From positions 133,672,001 through 133,736,000 of the forward strand of contig OX597816.1 in assembly GCA_951406725.2 (NCBI GenBank): a DNA stretch of 64,000 nt, in the 5' to 3' direction. The DNA is from Octopus vulgaris (Eukaryota). Below, piece by piece: positions 38,795 to 51,567 of the stretch (within the stretch, counting starts at the first letter, position 1; every line of letters begins with the position of its first letter). A program made the position numbers and the translations under genes. The notes under the pieces are model-generated. The model had not been told where the DNA came from and searched no databases. It saw only the letters and a program-made list of their open reading frames with translations.

Positions 38795-41554
38795 ATACAT
38801 CATACCTCTGAAATAAAGTTTTATCTAATTAGGATTTCTATATTAACAAATGACATTGCCCACTTCATCTATTTACTACATCACATTTAATATAGAGTAA
38901 TAATTGATAATCAGCTAATACATACACACAAATGTGTATAAATTTATATATAAGCACACAACATACACATATATTATACATACATATATACAGGTGATTA
39001 TTTGGAAAAAAGAATGCGTAGAAGAAAACTGATAATTTGCTTTTAGTAAATGCCACCAAATATATAATTAAAATATCACCAAAGATATAGTTTGAATTGA
39101 AATTGTATTTTGAAAGATTGATAATAATAATAGGAAGAAGTGATTACAAACAAAAAAAAAAGCATTATGAGCAAACTGAAAAAGAAATCTAACTTTATGT
39201 AACATGATTTGAAATGACAATACACAATAAGACTACTTTAAATTCATTTCTTTCTCTTTTTTCTCCCTCTTACTCTTGAATGCTGTGGGAGAAATACTCC
39301 AGTCAGCAATAAATGTATATAAAATTAAAACAATATTGAGTGGGACATGAGTCAATTACTTGATAAACAAGCTATGAAGTGTTATTTTATTACTAACACA
39401 TGTATACAATTTGTTATTGTCAAAGCAAACTGAAGTATTTACCGGTGACTGACATTGTTTTTATAATGACAGACCTCATCAAAATGCTTGTTTCAACTGA
39501 TATAAATTAAATTCATACATAAATGCATAAATACATATCCCCCATACTTTTAAATGTAAAATTATGTAAAGAAGAATATAAGAAACAATGAACAATTACA
39601 TAAGAACAATTTATGAAATCAAGAGTGAGGGTCACACATTTATGAACCTGTTCTGACAAATTAGGATTTTGTCAACAGAGAAAGATGCAACTAATTAAAA
39701 GCTGTATTGTATAGTAATTACAACAAGGTCAAATTAGAAATCAGTAATATTTCAATTTTGTTAGAGTTACTTATTAGAATGGACATTAGTAATTCAGAGT
39801 TAAGAATGGCACTGAAATAGTAAATACTGAGGAATGATACATACTTGCAAGTACTTAAACTGCTCACATATTGTCCAAAGAAGGATTTTAACTGATAAAC
39901 TCGCACTATCTCCATTGATGAGAGGTTCAATTTTAAACGAGAAATGTTGATAGTAATAATAAATCAAATCAAATATAAAGAATAAAAGAACACTTGTGTT
40001 CATGTTGAGAGAGCTAACAGCAGTGCAATGTTATTCAATAACATTTGCTAGCCTATCTTTTATCTTGCCCATCAGCTATCCCATATATGCTTGCATCAAA
40101 GGGGTGTGTCCTGAAGTCCACAAAGTCTCCATTCAGGTAGTTCATATTCAAGTATCTAGTCAGGAAATAGCACAAAAGGGAAAGCACCATTTACTCCTGT
40201 TAAACAGTGCATGAAATAAGTGTGTGTATATGCACACTTAGCCTTTCTGATAAAAAGCCATCTTAGTGTGGTGGTATCAGTAATAGAAGTAATAGAAGAA
40301 AAAGCAACAAAATAAACACTTGTAACAACAGTTGTAGTGTTAGCAGCAAATGCCAGGTGGGCTGGACTAATAAAAGCATGCTGTGTCTCCCCCATCCTTA
40401 AACTACAAAGAACTGTAAAGACATTGGTTCTCACTTGTCAAAGGAGGAGGTCACCAACTTAAAATGACAGCTCGTCAGGAGAATAACAGTATATGCAGCA
40501 GCAATAGAATCTGCTGTCTGATTGTAGCTATTTATGAGGGTTTTTTTCTATTATATACTCCTAAAGTATCACAGCAGATAAACTTATTGAAATCATTACA
40601 GCCCAATCAAGAAGGAAATTACTTTTAAGAGTCAAAAAATATAAATTACAAGAAAATAGCTGCATGTGTATGTGTGCGTGTGTGTGTGTGCGTGTGTGTC
40701 TGTGTTCATTCATGTATAGTACAGATCTTTCAAAACAGCATAATAACCCAATAGTATGAGGCTAGACAGAAAGGAAGTGGAAACTGAAGACAGAAAACTA
40801 AATAAGAGGGTGAAGAAAGGTGAGGAGTTAGCTATCACATTCACACATACCACAGCTGACCAATATAGTTATTATAACTAACACTGTAAGTAGTCATCCT
40901 TCTTCAGTACTCTAAATCACTAACTTGTCCACTTTAAGTCAACAAATACTAATCCTATTCAATTAACTATTTCACAGTCATTATCTACAACTCTATTTTT
41001 TATAAGACTACACAAAAATAAAATAAGATTGATAACACTGATGTTGTTTTTCTACATCCCTCATCATAAAAAACAGCAGCTTAACATTTAGTTGATGTTT
41101 GGACCCAATGGTTTATCCATTAATCATCTCAATGAAATGGATCATACAATAAAGATTTTTAACTATGGCACAAGACCACACATTTTAGAGGATGACTGTG
41201 TTGAACTAATATGTGAAAATATGTCAATGGGACTTATATCATCGACACTGAGCAGCAAAGTCAACCTAGCAGGGATTAACTACATACTTCAACATTACCA
41301 AAGGGTAATATTTATCCTCACATAAGAGTGGATGCTGTATTAGAACATGGAATACTGCAGTAGTTACCATTAAAGAAACTTTTATATTAGCCTTTAATGA
41401 GTATAAACACTTGCTTACATTGCTAGCGATGTAAACTAGAGTGCTTGTATGCACCAAAAGCCAATACAAGAGATTCTCTTAGTAACTACAGCAGTTTTCT
41501 GTGTTTTAACACGACATCCGTTTTAAAGTAGGGATAAATATATTTACAAGTGTA

Positions 41555-41878
41555 TAACTGGTACTCCATCAGTTATGACAACAAGTATTTCAGCTGATCC
41601 AATCACAGAATGGTCTGTGCATGAAATTAATGTCCAACTGGCTGAGCACTCTACAGATGTGTATCCTTAACATAGTTCTCGGTTAAATTCAGTACAACAC
41701 AGGATGAGACAAGGCTGGCCCTTTGAAATACAGGTACAACTCATTTTTACTAGGTGAGTAGATTGGAGCAGCGTGAAACAAAGTGTCTTGCTCAAAGATG
41801 TAATGTGTCGTTGGGAATTGAGTTCACAACTTTACAACTGTGAACCAAATACCCTGACCACTTAGTCATACACCTTCA
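41555..41878 (-). mobile_element. tRNA-derived SINE, same family as 7194-7516
   Basis: Full-length reverse-complement similarity. Confidence 0.75.
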
Positions 41879-42106
41879 CTTACACATATATGTATGCAAA
41901 TGTTTGTGTGTGTGTGCGTATATATATGTATGTATGTGTACACACAAACACACACAATGGCCTCCTTTAAGTTTCCATCTACCAAATCCAATCACAAGAC
42001 TTTGGTCAGCTCTAGGCCATGCTATAGTAGACTATCCCAAGATAAACACAATGGGAATAAACCCAAAGCCATGTGGTTAGAAAAAGCAAATCACTTAACC
42101 TCACAG

Positions 42107-43751
42107 TCGAGCTTAGCCCCCTCCTATTTATCATAGTCCTCCAGGCAATTGTGGAGGAATTCAAGACAGGTTGCCCCTGGGAGCTCCTCTATGCTGACGA
42201 CCTCGCTCTAATTGCTGAGTCACTATCAGAACTGGAGGAGAAGTTCCAGGTGTGGAAGGAGGGTTTAGAATCGAGGGGCCTTAGAGTCAACCTAGCTAAA
42301 ACCAAAGTACTAATAAGTAGAAAGGTAGACAATCCACAAATATCCTCAGGAAGATGGCCCTGCTCGATCTGTAGAAAAGGTGTGGGTAGAAACTCTATAA
42401 GATGTACCCAGTGTAAGCTATGGACACATAAGAGGTGCAGCAATGTCAAAGGTAGGCTAACTGGGAAGATAGTTTTTGTATGTGGCAGATGCTCTGGAGC
42501 ATTGACCTCCGAAAATCTGCAGAAAACAACTTCCGTCACTTTCCGGGGGGAAAACTAGAAGTAGTTGATAGCTTCCGCTATCTAGGTGACCAAGTCAGTA
42601 GTGGGGGTGGGTGCGCTGAAAGTGTAACTGCTAGAATAAGAATAGCCTGGGCAAAGTTTAGGGAGCTCTTACCTCTGCTGGTGACTAAAGGCCTCTCGCT
42701 CAGAGTAAAAGGCAGACTGTATGATGCATGTGTACGAACAGCTATGCTACATGGCAGTGAAACATGGGCCGTGACTGCTGAGGACATGCGTAAGCTCGCG
42801 AGGAACGAAGCCAGTATGCTCCGATGGATGTGTAATGTCAGTGTACTTACTCGACAGAGCGTTAATACCTTGAGAGAAATGTTGTACCTAAGAAGCATCA
42901 GTTGTGGTGTGCAAGAGAGACGATTGCGCTGGTATGGTCATGTGGCGAGAATGGATGAAGATAGGTGTGTGAGAAAGTGCCAATCCCTAGCAGTTGAGGG
43001 AACCCGTGGAAGAGGTAGACCCAGGAAAACCTGGGACGAGGTGGTGAAGCACGACCTTCGGACGTTAGGTCTCACCATGGAAATGACTAGAGACCGAGAC
43101 CTATGGAAGTATGCTGTGCGTGAGAAGACCCGGCAAGACTAGTGAAGCCATAATCCGTGGCCCCTACCTGGGACGTAGTCAGTCCACCTGTGCATACCTT
43201 CCTTCTTGTGACACTTGTGAAGACCTGTTGAGGCAAGTGAGAATCAAATCAAATCAAATCAAATCGAACCAAATCAAAATAGATGTACATCAATGGAATT
43301 TGTACCCTTGTGGTACCAGTGCCGGTGGCACATAAGAAAACCACCCGAACGTGACCGTAGCCAGTACCGCAACGACTGGCCTCCGTGCTGAGGGCACGTA
43401 ACAAACACCATCCGAGCGTGGCCGTCCGCCAGCCTCGTCTGGCACCTGTGTCGGTGACACATGAAAACACCATCCGATCAGCCAGCCTCGTCTGGCACCT
43501 GTGTCGGTGGCACAAAACACCATCCGAGCGTGGCCGTCTGCCAGCCTCGTCTGGCACCTGTGTCGGTGGCACATAAAATCACCCACTACACTCTCGGAGT
43601 GGTTGGCGTTAGGAAGGGCATCCAGCTGTAGAAACACTGCCAGATCTGACTGGCCTGGTGCAGCCTTCGGGCTTGCCAGACCCCAGTTGAACTGTCCAAC
43701 CCATGCTAGCATGGAAAGCGGACGTTAAACGATGATGATGATGATGATGAT
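42107..43751 (+). mobile_element. Young 5'-truncated RTE-type LINE (RT with embedded PHD finger, repeat-bearing 3' UTR, (GAT)n tail)
   Basis: LSPLLF, YADD, YLG and LRWYGHV motifs, ending in a stop at 43142. One apparent 1-nt frameshift at ~42551-42555. CpG-rich. Confidence 0.95.
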
Positions 43752-44893
43752 AGGCCACTTTCGGTCATGGCTGACCATGGGTATCACGTCTGTCCATTTA
43801 TTGTCTAGGTTGGGCTGCTCAGCTTGAGTAGCGCCTCCTGTGGCTACGGAAACCAATGCTAGAATGAGTTTTGGTCGCATAGATCGCATCAGTGTGTGAA
43901 TTCTGGTCTATCGGCTGTGAATCCCTTACATCGGGCTTGCTTTCCTGCAGCTGCAACTGACAACTTCTCTTCTCTGATTCACAGGTGTTTGAGAAGTGTG
44001 CTTTTCCACCTGGTGCGGTCTGCTGCCAGGTCCTCCCAGAGTTGATGTCAATGTTGAGTGCCTTCATGTCCCTCCTGCACATGTTCTTGTACCTCAGCTG
44101 CGGGCAGCCCTTGTTCCTCTGTCCTGCAGTGAGTTCTCTGTAGAGAATGACCTTTGGTATTTGGCCATACTCCATACAGCAAATGTGGCCTAGCCAGTAG
44201 TCAATGTTGTCTCAGCAAGGTGTACATGGAAGGAAGGCCAGCATGAGTCAGGATGCTGGTGCTGGTCACCTTGTCCTGCCAGGAGATGCCAAGCATGCAT
44301 CATAGATTTCTGAGATGGCAGCTGTTCAGCTTTTTTCCCTGGTGGGTGTATGTGGTCCGTGTCTCGCTGCCATACAACAGGGTGCTGAGGACACAGGCAT
44401 TGTACACAGCCATCTTTGTTTTCACTGTCAACTTTGGGTTTGTCTACACTCTTGATGTGAGGCGCACGAGCATAGTGGCTGCCTTCCCAATTTTATTGTC
44501 AATCTCGGCACTGAGAGAGAGGTTGTCAGTGATGGTGGACCCAAGGTAGGTGAATTGATGAACAACTTCAAGTTCGTAGTCATTGATGGTGATGGCTGGT
44601 TGTGCTGGTGTGCCTTGTGCCAGGACGTTTGTCTTCTTCGGGCTGATGGTCAGCCCAAAGTCCTTGCAGGCCTGGGAGAAGCAATCCATTAGCAGCTGCA
44701 GCTCCCGTTGAGAGTGGGTTGTAACTGCAGCATCATCAGCAAATAGAATGTCTCTGATGACAGCTTCACAGACCTTTGTCCTCGCTTTTAGGTGGGCGAG
44801 AGTGAAGAGCCTGCCATCTGATCTGGTCTGCATATAGATTCCTTCTTGTGCTGTGCCGAAAGCATACCTCAGAAGGAGAGAGAAGAAACTCCC
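43752..44893 (-). mobile_element. 5'-truncated RTE (BovB/AviRTE-like) LINE
   Basis: TRSDGRLFTL...ILFADDAA...FGLTISPKKT...FTYLGS...IGKAA...YNACVLSTLLYGSET...WLGH...IPKVILY. Several stops and frameshifts. Confidence 0.9.
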
Positions 44894-45612
44894 ATTGTAT
44901 GTACACTTACATATATATATTTCCTATCACCGAAGATAAATTTCTTGAGCAAAACATATGAAACAAATTATGACCCAACATCTTCAACAATTCAGTTTTC
45001 CTACAGCAATGCTAATTTCATAGCTGAGAGAAAATAAATTCATAATTTTAGTCAATTTCTCTATGCATCTATATTATATTAACAGCACCCAATAATTCAT
45101 TAAGACAAAACTATATACAGAGTAAACACAGGACAGTCACTACAATAAGGACAACTTCCTTTTAATGAGTCTATGAACCTGATGCTTCTAACAAACTCAC
45201 CCTGGTCATTGGGTTCCTCCAATCTCACAGAGACAAGCCACAAAGACACTATGCCCACCAGAAAAATAAATACAAATAAAAAGGAAATCATGAACTTAAC
45301 AAAATTAAATGCAACAAACGTTTTATAGATATCACCTTTGCATGTACACATAAACTGCCAGTAGTGACAGTACGATTGGCATAAGGTAACTGATAAAAAC
45401 CTGATTGCCATCAGATCTACAACACCTTTCACTGAGAGAGGAAAAAGAAGGTAATAAAATGAGATCCTGTGACCCTAAGGAAATGACTCAGTTTATTAAC
45501 TTGAAAATATATAGCTAGAACATTTTCTTTTCCAGCGATAAACAGCAGTATTAGTTCTTCTATATACACATACAGAAATGCACATACGTATATACAGCAA
45601 CACATATACACA

Positions 45613-45743
45613 CATGTATCTACATTTGTGTGTAAATATAGATACATGTACACAAATATACATATACACACACATACACATGTATCTACATTTGTGTGTA
45701 AATATAGATACATGTACACAAATATACATATACACACACATAC

Positions 45744-45746
<3 letters not shown>
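45613..45746. repeat. 66-bp tandem repeat (2 units), each with an internal hairpin
   Basis: CATGTATCTACATTT-GTGTGT-AAATATAGATACATG at 45613 and 45679. Confidence 0.85.
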
Positions 45747-45790
<44 letters not shown>

Positions 45791-45795
<5 letters not shown>

Positions 45796-46232
45796 GAAAT
45801 TTACAGAAAAACAAAAGACGAAGAGAGGTATATAAACAACAAGCAGGTGTATTAGTTTGATGCTTTCACATGACCGAGATGGGCTAGTAGATAGAATGTA
45901 TGCGGGAAATGCATGTGTATATTGGTATTTACAAATAGATTAAATGGTGTGTATATATATTTCTTGCTTATATGTTTATCAATGTATTTCTACTGAGGAT
46001 TGCAAAGCCATTTCTATTGCAGAGCATGAAATCTTAAGATATAGGACTATCTGAGATTTTGTAAATCTTCTCGCCCATTACCTCGCATCCAACATAGGGT
46101 TATAAATAGGGAACTAATTTAGAGTGGATTGTAGGTATTTGACATCTACTTTTAGTGTATATGTGCTGGTATTACAGAGCCCTTAATTATAATAATTATA
46201 AACTTAAAAATTAATATTTGAAACCCCCCCCC

Positions 46233-46264
<32 letters not shown>

Positions 46265-46449
46265 CTAGATCACTAAACTGAGCACGTTTTTTTTTCTTCT
46301 TCATTATCTCTCTATTTCCTCTTATTCCTTTCTGTGGAAGAGCGTAGGCTTGAAACATAAAGGACTTCTCCATTTTTCCTGAGCATCAAACTAATACACT
46401 TACTTGTTGTTCCTACACCTGTCTTTGTCTTTGATTTTCTATAAATTTG

Positions 46450-46454
<5 letters not shown>
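45791..46454. mobile_element. (TA)n-flanked element with ~74-bp inverted termini, possibly Penelope-derived
   Basis: 45791-45864 is complementary to 46382-46454. Long (TA)n tracts on both sides. Confidence 0.7.
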
Positions 46455-46498
<44 letters not shown>

Positions 46499-46519
46499 TA
46501 AATACATATGTATATTTAA

Positions 46520-46576
<57 letters not shown>

Positions 46577-46581
46577 CATAG

Positions 46582-46618
<37 letters not shown>

Positions 46619-47179
46619 CATACACACATGCACATACATATATATACATACACACATATACATGCATACACACACACACACACACACACACATATACTGA
46701 CATACACAAGCATAGCAAGCTTAGCAAACAATTCATTCACTGAAATTTTAAAGAGGGCCAACAGATTCATTAGTTAGCGTGTATTTCTGGCTGACAAGAC
46801 ACATGCTGAAACACTGATGTCCCAGAATCCTTCCTACTAAGAAATGAATTGTGTTATGAACACATATCCATCATAAAAGAGAAAGTACTCTCCTGTGACG
46901 AGCACAACAACATTTGAATTTGCCTGAATGTATTATTAAGAATAAAAATATAAGTCATAGCTTTGAACCTTGCTGCTCACCATTGCACACTTTATTCCAC
47001 TGTGGTGAGCTCTTCCTATATATAATCTAGACACTACCATCATGGAAAAGCAGTGGTTGGGTGCTTTCCTTGGAAAGAGACTAATTGGAATACCAGCAAC
47101 CTGCTTTCTGGTTATTTTTTTTAATAAATTGTGGCTCTTTCCACTATGTAGGAATCTCTATTGATGCACCACTAGCTCC

Positions 47180-48210
47180 ATCATATTGCTACAGGAGATT
47201 ATCATAGCTGGAATTCTGAACCACAACTTTATATGGTAATGTTGCACACTTTGCACATCTGTTTCTGTATAAAGATATACATACAAGTGTGAGAGGGAAG
47301 GGGAGAGAGTTGATACATGTACATATTGTGCTGGTATGGTCATATGATGGATGAAGATAGCTGCATAAGGGAGTGCTGATCTCTAACTGTGGCAGGAATT
47401 TGTTGAAGAAGTACACCCAGGAAGACACTGGACAAGGTGGTGAAATATGATCTTGAAATGTTGAGTCTCCTGGAGACATCGACAAGTGACAAGAGTCTCC
47501 TGGAGACATCGGCAATTTGCTGTGCTTGAGAAGAAATGTCAAGCTAAGTGAAATCGTAGTTGTGGCCAGTGCCAGTGACATGTGAAAGGCACCCATGCCA
47601 GTGATACATGAGATGCATCTGTGCAAGTGACAATTAAAAGGTACTTGTGCTGGCAATGGGCAAAGGGTACTTGTACTGGTGACCGACCTGCATAAGGCAT
47701 CTGTACAGGCAACATGCAAAGGGCACCCATGCCGGTGACATGCAAAAGGCACTCATGCTGGTGACACACAATCAGTTTGATGTAAACATTCTTTTGTCTT
47801 AGATTGTATGATGCTTATGTATGACCCACAAGGATACAAGGTAGAGAGATATTAGCCCTTAATGCAGAGGACATGCAAGACTAGAAAGAAATGAAGCTAG
47901 CATGTCTACTGGGTGTGCTATGTGAGCATGCATGAACAAGGAAGTACAGATATGTTGAGAAAAAAACTGGGCATTAGAGGAATCATGTAGTGTACAAGAG
48001 AGATGGGCTGGTATAGATGTGGTAGGAATGGATGAAGACATCTGTATAAAGAAGTGATGATCACTTAATGAAGCATGTGGAAGAGGAGACGTAAAAAAAT
48101 ATAGTGCAAAGCAATAAAAACAAATCTCAGAACTTCGAGTTTCATGGAGGAGATGACTAAGGACCAAGATGATAGGCAATATGTGGTGCTTGAAAAGAAC
48201 TACCTATCAA
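47180..48210 (+). mobile_element. Two old RTE-type LINE 3' fragments
   Basis: WYGH/MDEDSCI-like and LERNEASM-like segments. Degenerate GGCACCCATGCCAGTGACATG repeats in the 3' UTR at 47565-47770. Confidence 0.65.
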
Positions 48211-49178
48211 AGTGAAGCCAAGGTTCTGGAAGCATAATATGAACTCCCACAACCGGGCCCCTCACCCAGTTTTCCCCTGTCATGTTTTCTCCACCACCAT
48301 CCCATCTCTCTATCATTGATCATGCCATCACTCATCAAACTACTGCAGTATTCTACTGGAATTAAATGAAACCAGAACCACATTATTTCATCATCCTTTT
48401 CTGTACTACTAGTTATCTTTCTCCTGCTCATAACCACTTTTGTAACCATCCTTCATTCTTCATATTATGCCTCACCCTTCTGTGCTACCAAATCTGTCCC
48501 TCTCTCCTAAACTACTTCCTACTGACTCACTTCTGACCCTTAACTCCTTTCACTTGCACATACTTTTGCAATCTACCTTTCCACATACTCTTGCAATCTA
48601 CCAACCAATCACTGATCCATCATCTCCCTTTCTCTCTTCCTTCTCATATTTAATCTACTATTACTATTTTGTTGCCTATGCCCTTTTTGTACTGACAGTC
48701 ATTAAATCTTCTCCCCTATCTACCCTTCAACTCATAATTAGCACTGACCACTTCTTCACCTTTGCTCACCATTAACTACATTCACCCTGTTCACTACCTC
48801 CATATCTAACTACACCACATACACTCTTGCATTTCAGTTCATCCACTCTTCCTGATCTTGTTTTCACTCTCTTCTATTCACCTTCATATACCTTAAGGGC
48901 ACACTCTGACACCTCATCATCATTTATATCTCTCTTTCCAGCTCCATCCCAAATACTCCCACCTACCTTTATATAACACAAAGCAGCTGTGTATCTCCTC
49001 TAGAGCAAGAATCATATTCATGTTCGTTTTTTCCAGACCTTATGAGTGCTGGGGCTATGAAAAACAGCACCACGCCAAAGAAGATACTGGAACATTATAC
49101 TCTTCTGACTCATTAAATCCTCTAGAACTGAACCATACTGGTATGGAAGAATGGAAGATGAACATTGGATGACAACAC

Positions 49179-49224
<46 letters not shown>

Positions 49225-50201
49225 TATTATATGAAATAAAACTTTTGGAATATGGTCTTAAATTTGCATCAACTCCAAAACCTGAAACAACAGATATAAT
49301 AAAAGATACTGAGAAATTGTATAGATAACTTCTACGGGAGTTATTCCAAAACAAGAATTATGAAAATCTAGACAAAAGACAAAATGGGATTTAAACTTCT
49401 ACTGATTAGGAGTTAGTCCTGACAGGAATACATAATGTGTCTGGAAAGATCAGCAAACTCAAACATTCCAGCAAATCTTATAAAACTAGATATTATAAAT
49501 GAAGAGCAAAAAGCACTGGAATGTCTACAGAAAGACTCCTCCATAGTCATTAAAGAAAACTAAACGAGCAACATTTTTACAAAAGAATTAGAGACCAATG
49601 CAGATAAGCAAACAATGAACTAAACTAGTAAATTAACAGACAAATTCAAAAACAATTTAACATAAGGAGTTATATTGCTTTACTAATTTTGAGGTAAAAA
49701 TAAGTAACATTTATGGACTTACAGAAAATTCATAACTCTAAAGAAATCTACAAACTATATATAAAGATCCTCAAACTATCTGATTTAAAATTATGCCCAA
49801 TTATTACAGGACCAATATCTAGCACCCAATGATTAAACAATTTATTGAACATAATTCAGAAACCATTATGCAAATTGCTTTCTGGTTTTATCAGAGATGA
49901 CATGGATTTCCTAAACCATATTTCAGAAAGAGTAAATCAAACAAGATGATACTGGTTAGTTTCAATGAGACCAGTCTTCACACAAATATCTCCCATGGAT
50001 TAGTACTGGAAGCAGTAGAATTCTGGATAGATTAATACTCATCCTGAATTCAGGAGAGATTCCCAAAAGAATATACACAAGAAGGATTATGATTGATCCT
50101 ACAAAAGTACTTCTTCTTTGATAACCAATATTACCTTGAAATTAAGAGATGGCAATGGGCATGAAAGTTTCACTTAAATTTATAACACTAGTGACGGGAT
50201 T

Positions 50202-50364
50202 CGTAGGAGTGGCTGTGTGGTAAGTAGCTTGTTTACCAACCACATGGTTCCGGGTTCAGCCCCACTGCATGGCACCTTGGGCAAGTGTCTTCTACTATAG
50301 CCTCAGGTTGACCAAAGCCTTGTGAGTGGATTTGGGAGACGGAAACTGAAAGAAGCCTGTCGTA

Positions 50365-50413
<49 letters not shown>

Positions 50414-50637
50414 TGTGTGTATCTGTTTGTGTGTCTGTGTTTGTCCCCCCCAACATCACTTGACAACTGATGCTGGTGTGTTTACGTCCCCATAACTTAG
50501 CGGTTCGGCAAGAGGCCCGATAGAATAAGTACTAGGCTTACAAAGAATAAGTCCTGGGGTTGATTTGCTTGACTAAAGGCAGTACTCCAGCATGGCCACA
50601 GTCAAATGACTGAAACAAGTAAAAGTGTAAAGTGTAA
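50202..50637 (+). mobile_element. Full-length OK-like tRNA-derived SINE
   Basis: A-box TGGCTGTGTGG, B-box GGTTCAGCCCC, internal (TA)n, tail ...TGACTGAAACAAGTAAAAG. Many partial copies in the window (~10000-10160, 19205-19435, 27600-27790, 32070-32292, 41958-42106, 52050-52225). Confidence 0.9.
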
Positions 50638-51567
50638 TTAAGCCCAATCTGGGATTATTTTGATCAGCATTTCCAATCTTGTTTATAAGAAACTGAAAAA
50701 TATTCCTGGATGACTGTTTCATTTATTTATTTTTCTTTTTACAATAAAAGTAAGGAATACCTTACAAGATACTTGAAATTAATAAATAGCATTCATGAAA
50801 TAATCTAATTCACTACAGAAATGAATGAAAGGGAACTTCAATTTTTGAACTTTTTTTTTTTTGTAATTAAAGAAAATCAGACTGTTACAACTTATCTCTA
50901 CTGTAAAGATACAGATAAACACTTAGATTTTAAATGTTGCAACCCATTCCATATAAAAAGGAATGTCTCACCTTATATGGCAAGATGAACATGTTCAATA
51001 GTTATGGATGGAAGATGAGCAAGAGGACTGGTAGAACTAAAAATATTCCTTTAAGTAAAAAAAAATACTGAGAAAACTTAGTAAATCATGCTATGACTAA
51101 GGCAAAAGAGATCCCAATATCTGTCTTATTGAGAAACCCTCACAATGAAGGTAAAGATAAGCACATAAATATTCCATTTCTAGTCACCCATAATCATAGA
51201 AACCATAACATCATACATTCAACTAAATGATGCCTTCCAATTCTACACCAATCATGAAATGTCAAAGAATAAAATCACAAATTATCAACAGATGAAGGCA
51301 AGCACCAAATCCTAAAAAAATCTTAACAAAGGCAAACTTCACATCAGAAGAAATAATGCAGATAACGATATGCTTAGATTTTCATTGGGGGATACATGAA
51401 TTAATTGAACTGGGGAAAACCAAAAAAATTCAAGAATGAGAAGGAAGTGAAGTTTAATACAAATATGAATTACAAAATGAAAAATTTCAATGCAATGAAA
51501 ATTATGTCAGCTAAATAGGAATGCATCAGGTTAGGATACATAAGCAACAGATCAAAGTTTCATCTCT

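Noticed and set aside
38800-38820. Minus-strand TTTATTTCAG-AG-GTATGA, possible recursive splice site or microexon
   Set aside because: A short motif expected by chance in AT-rich DNA. Not supportable without RNA data.
50202-50280. tRNA genes at A/B-box sequences
   Set aside because: They are SINE heads followed by SINE bodies, with no complete cloverleaf.
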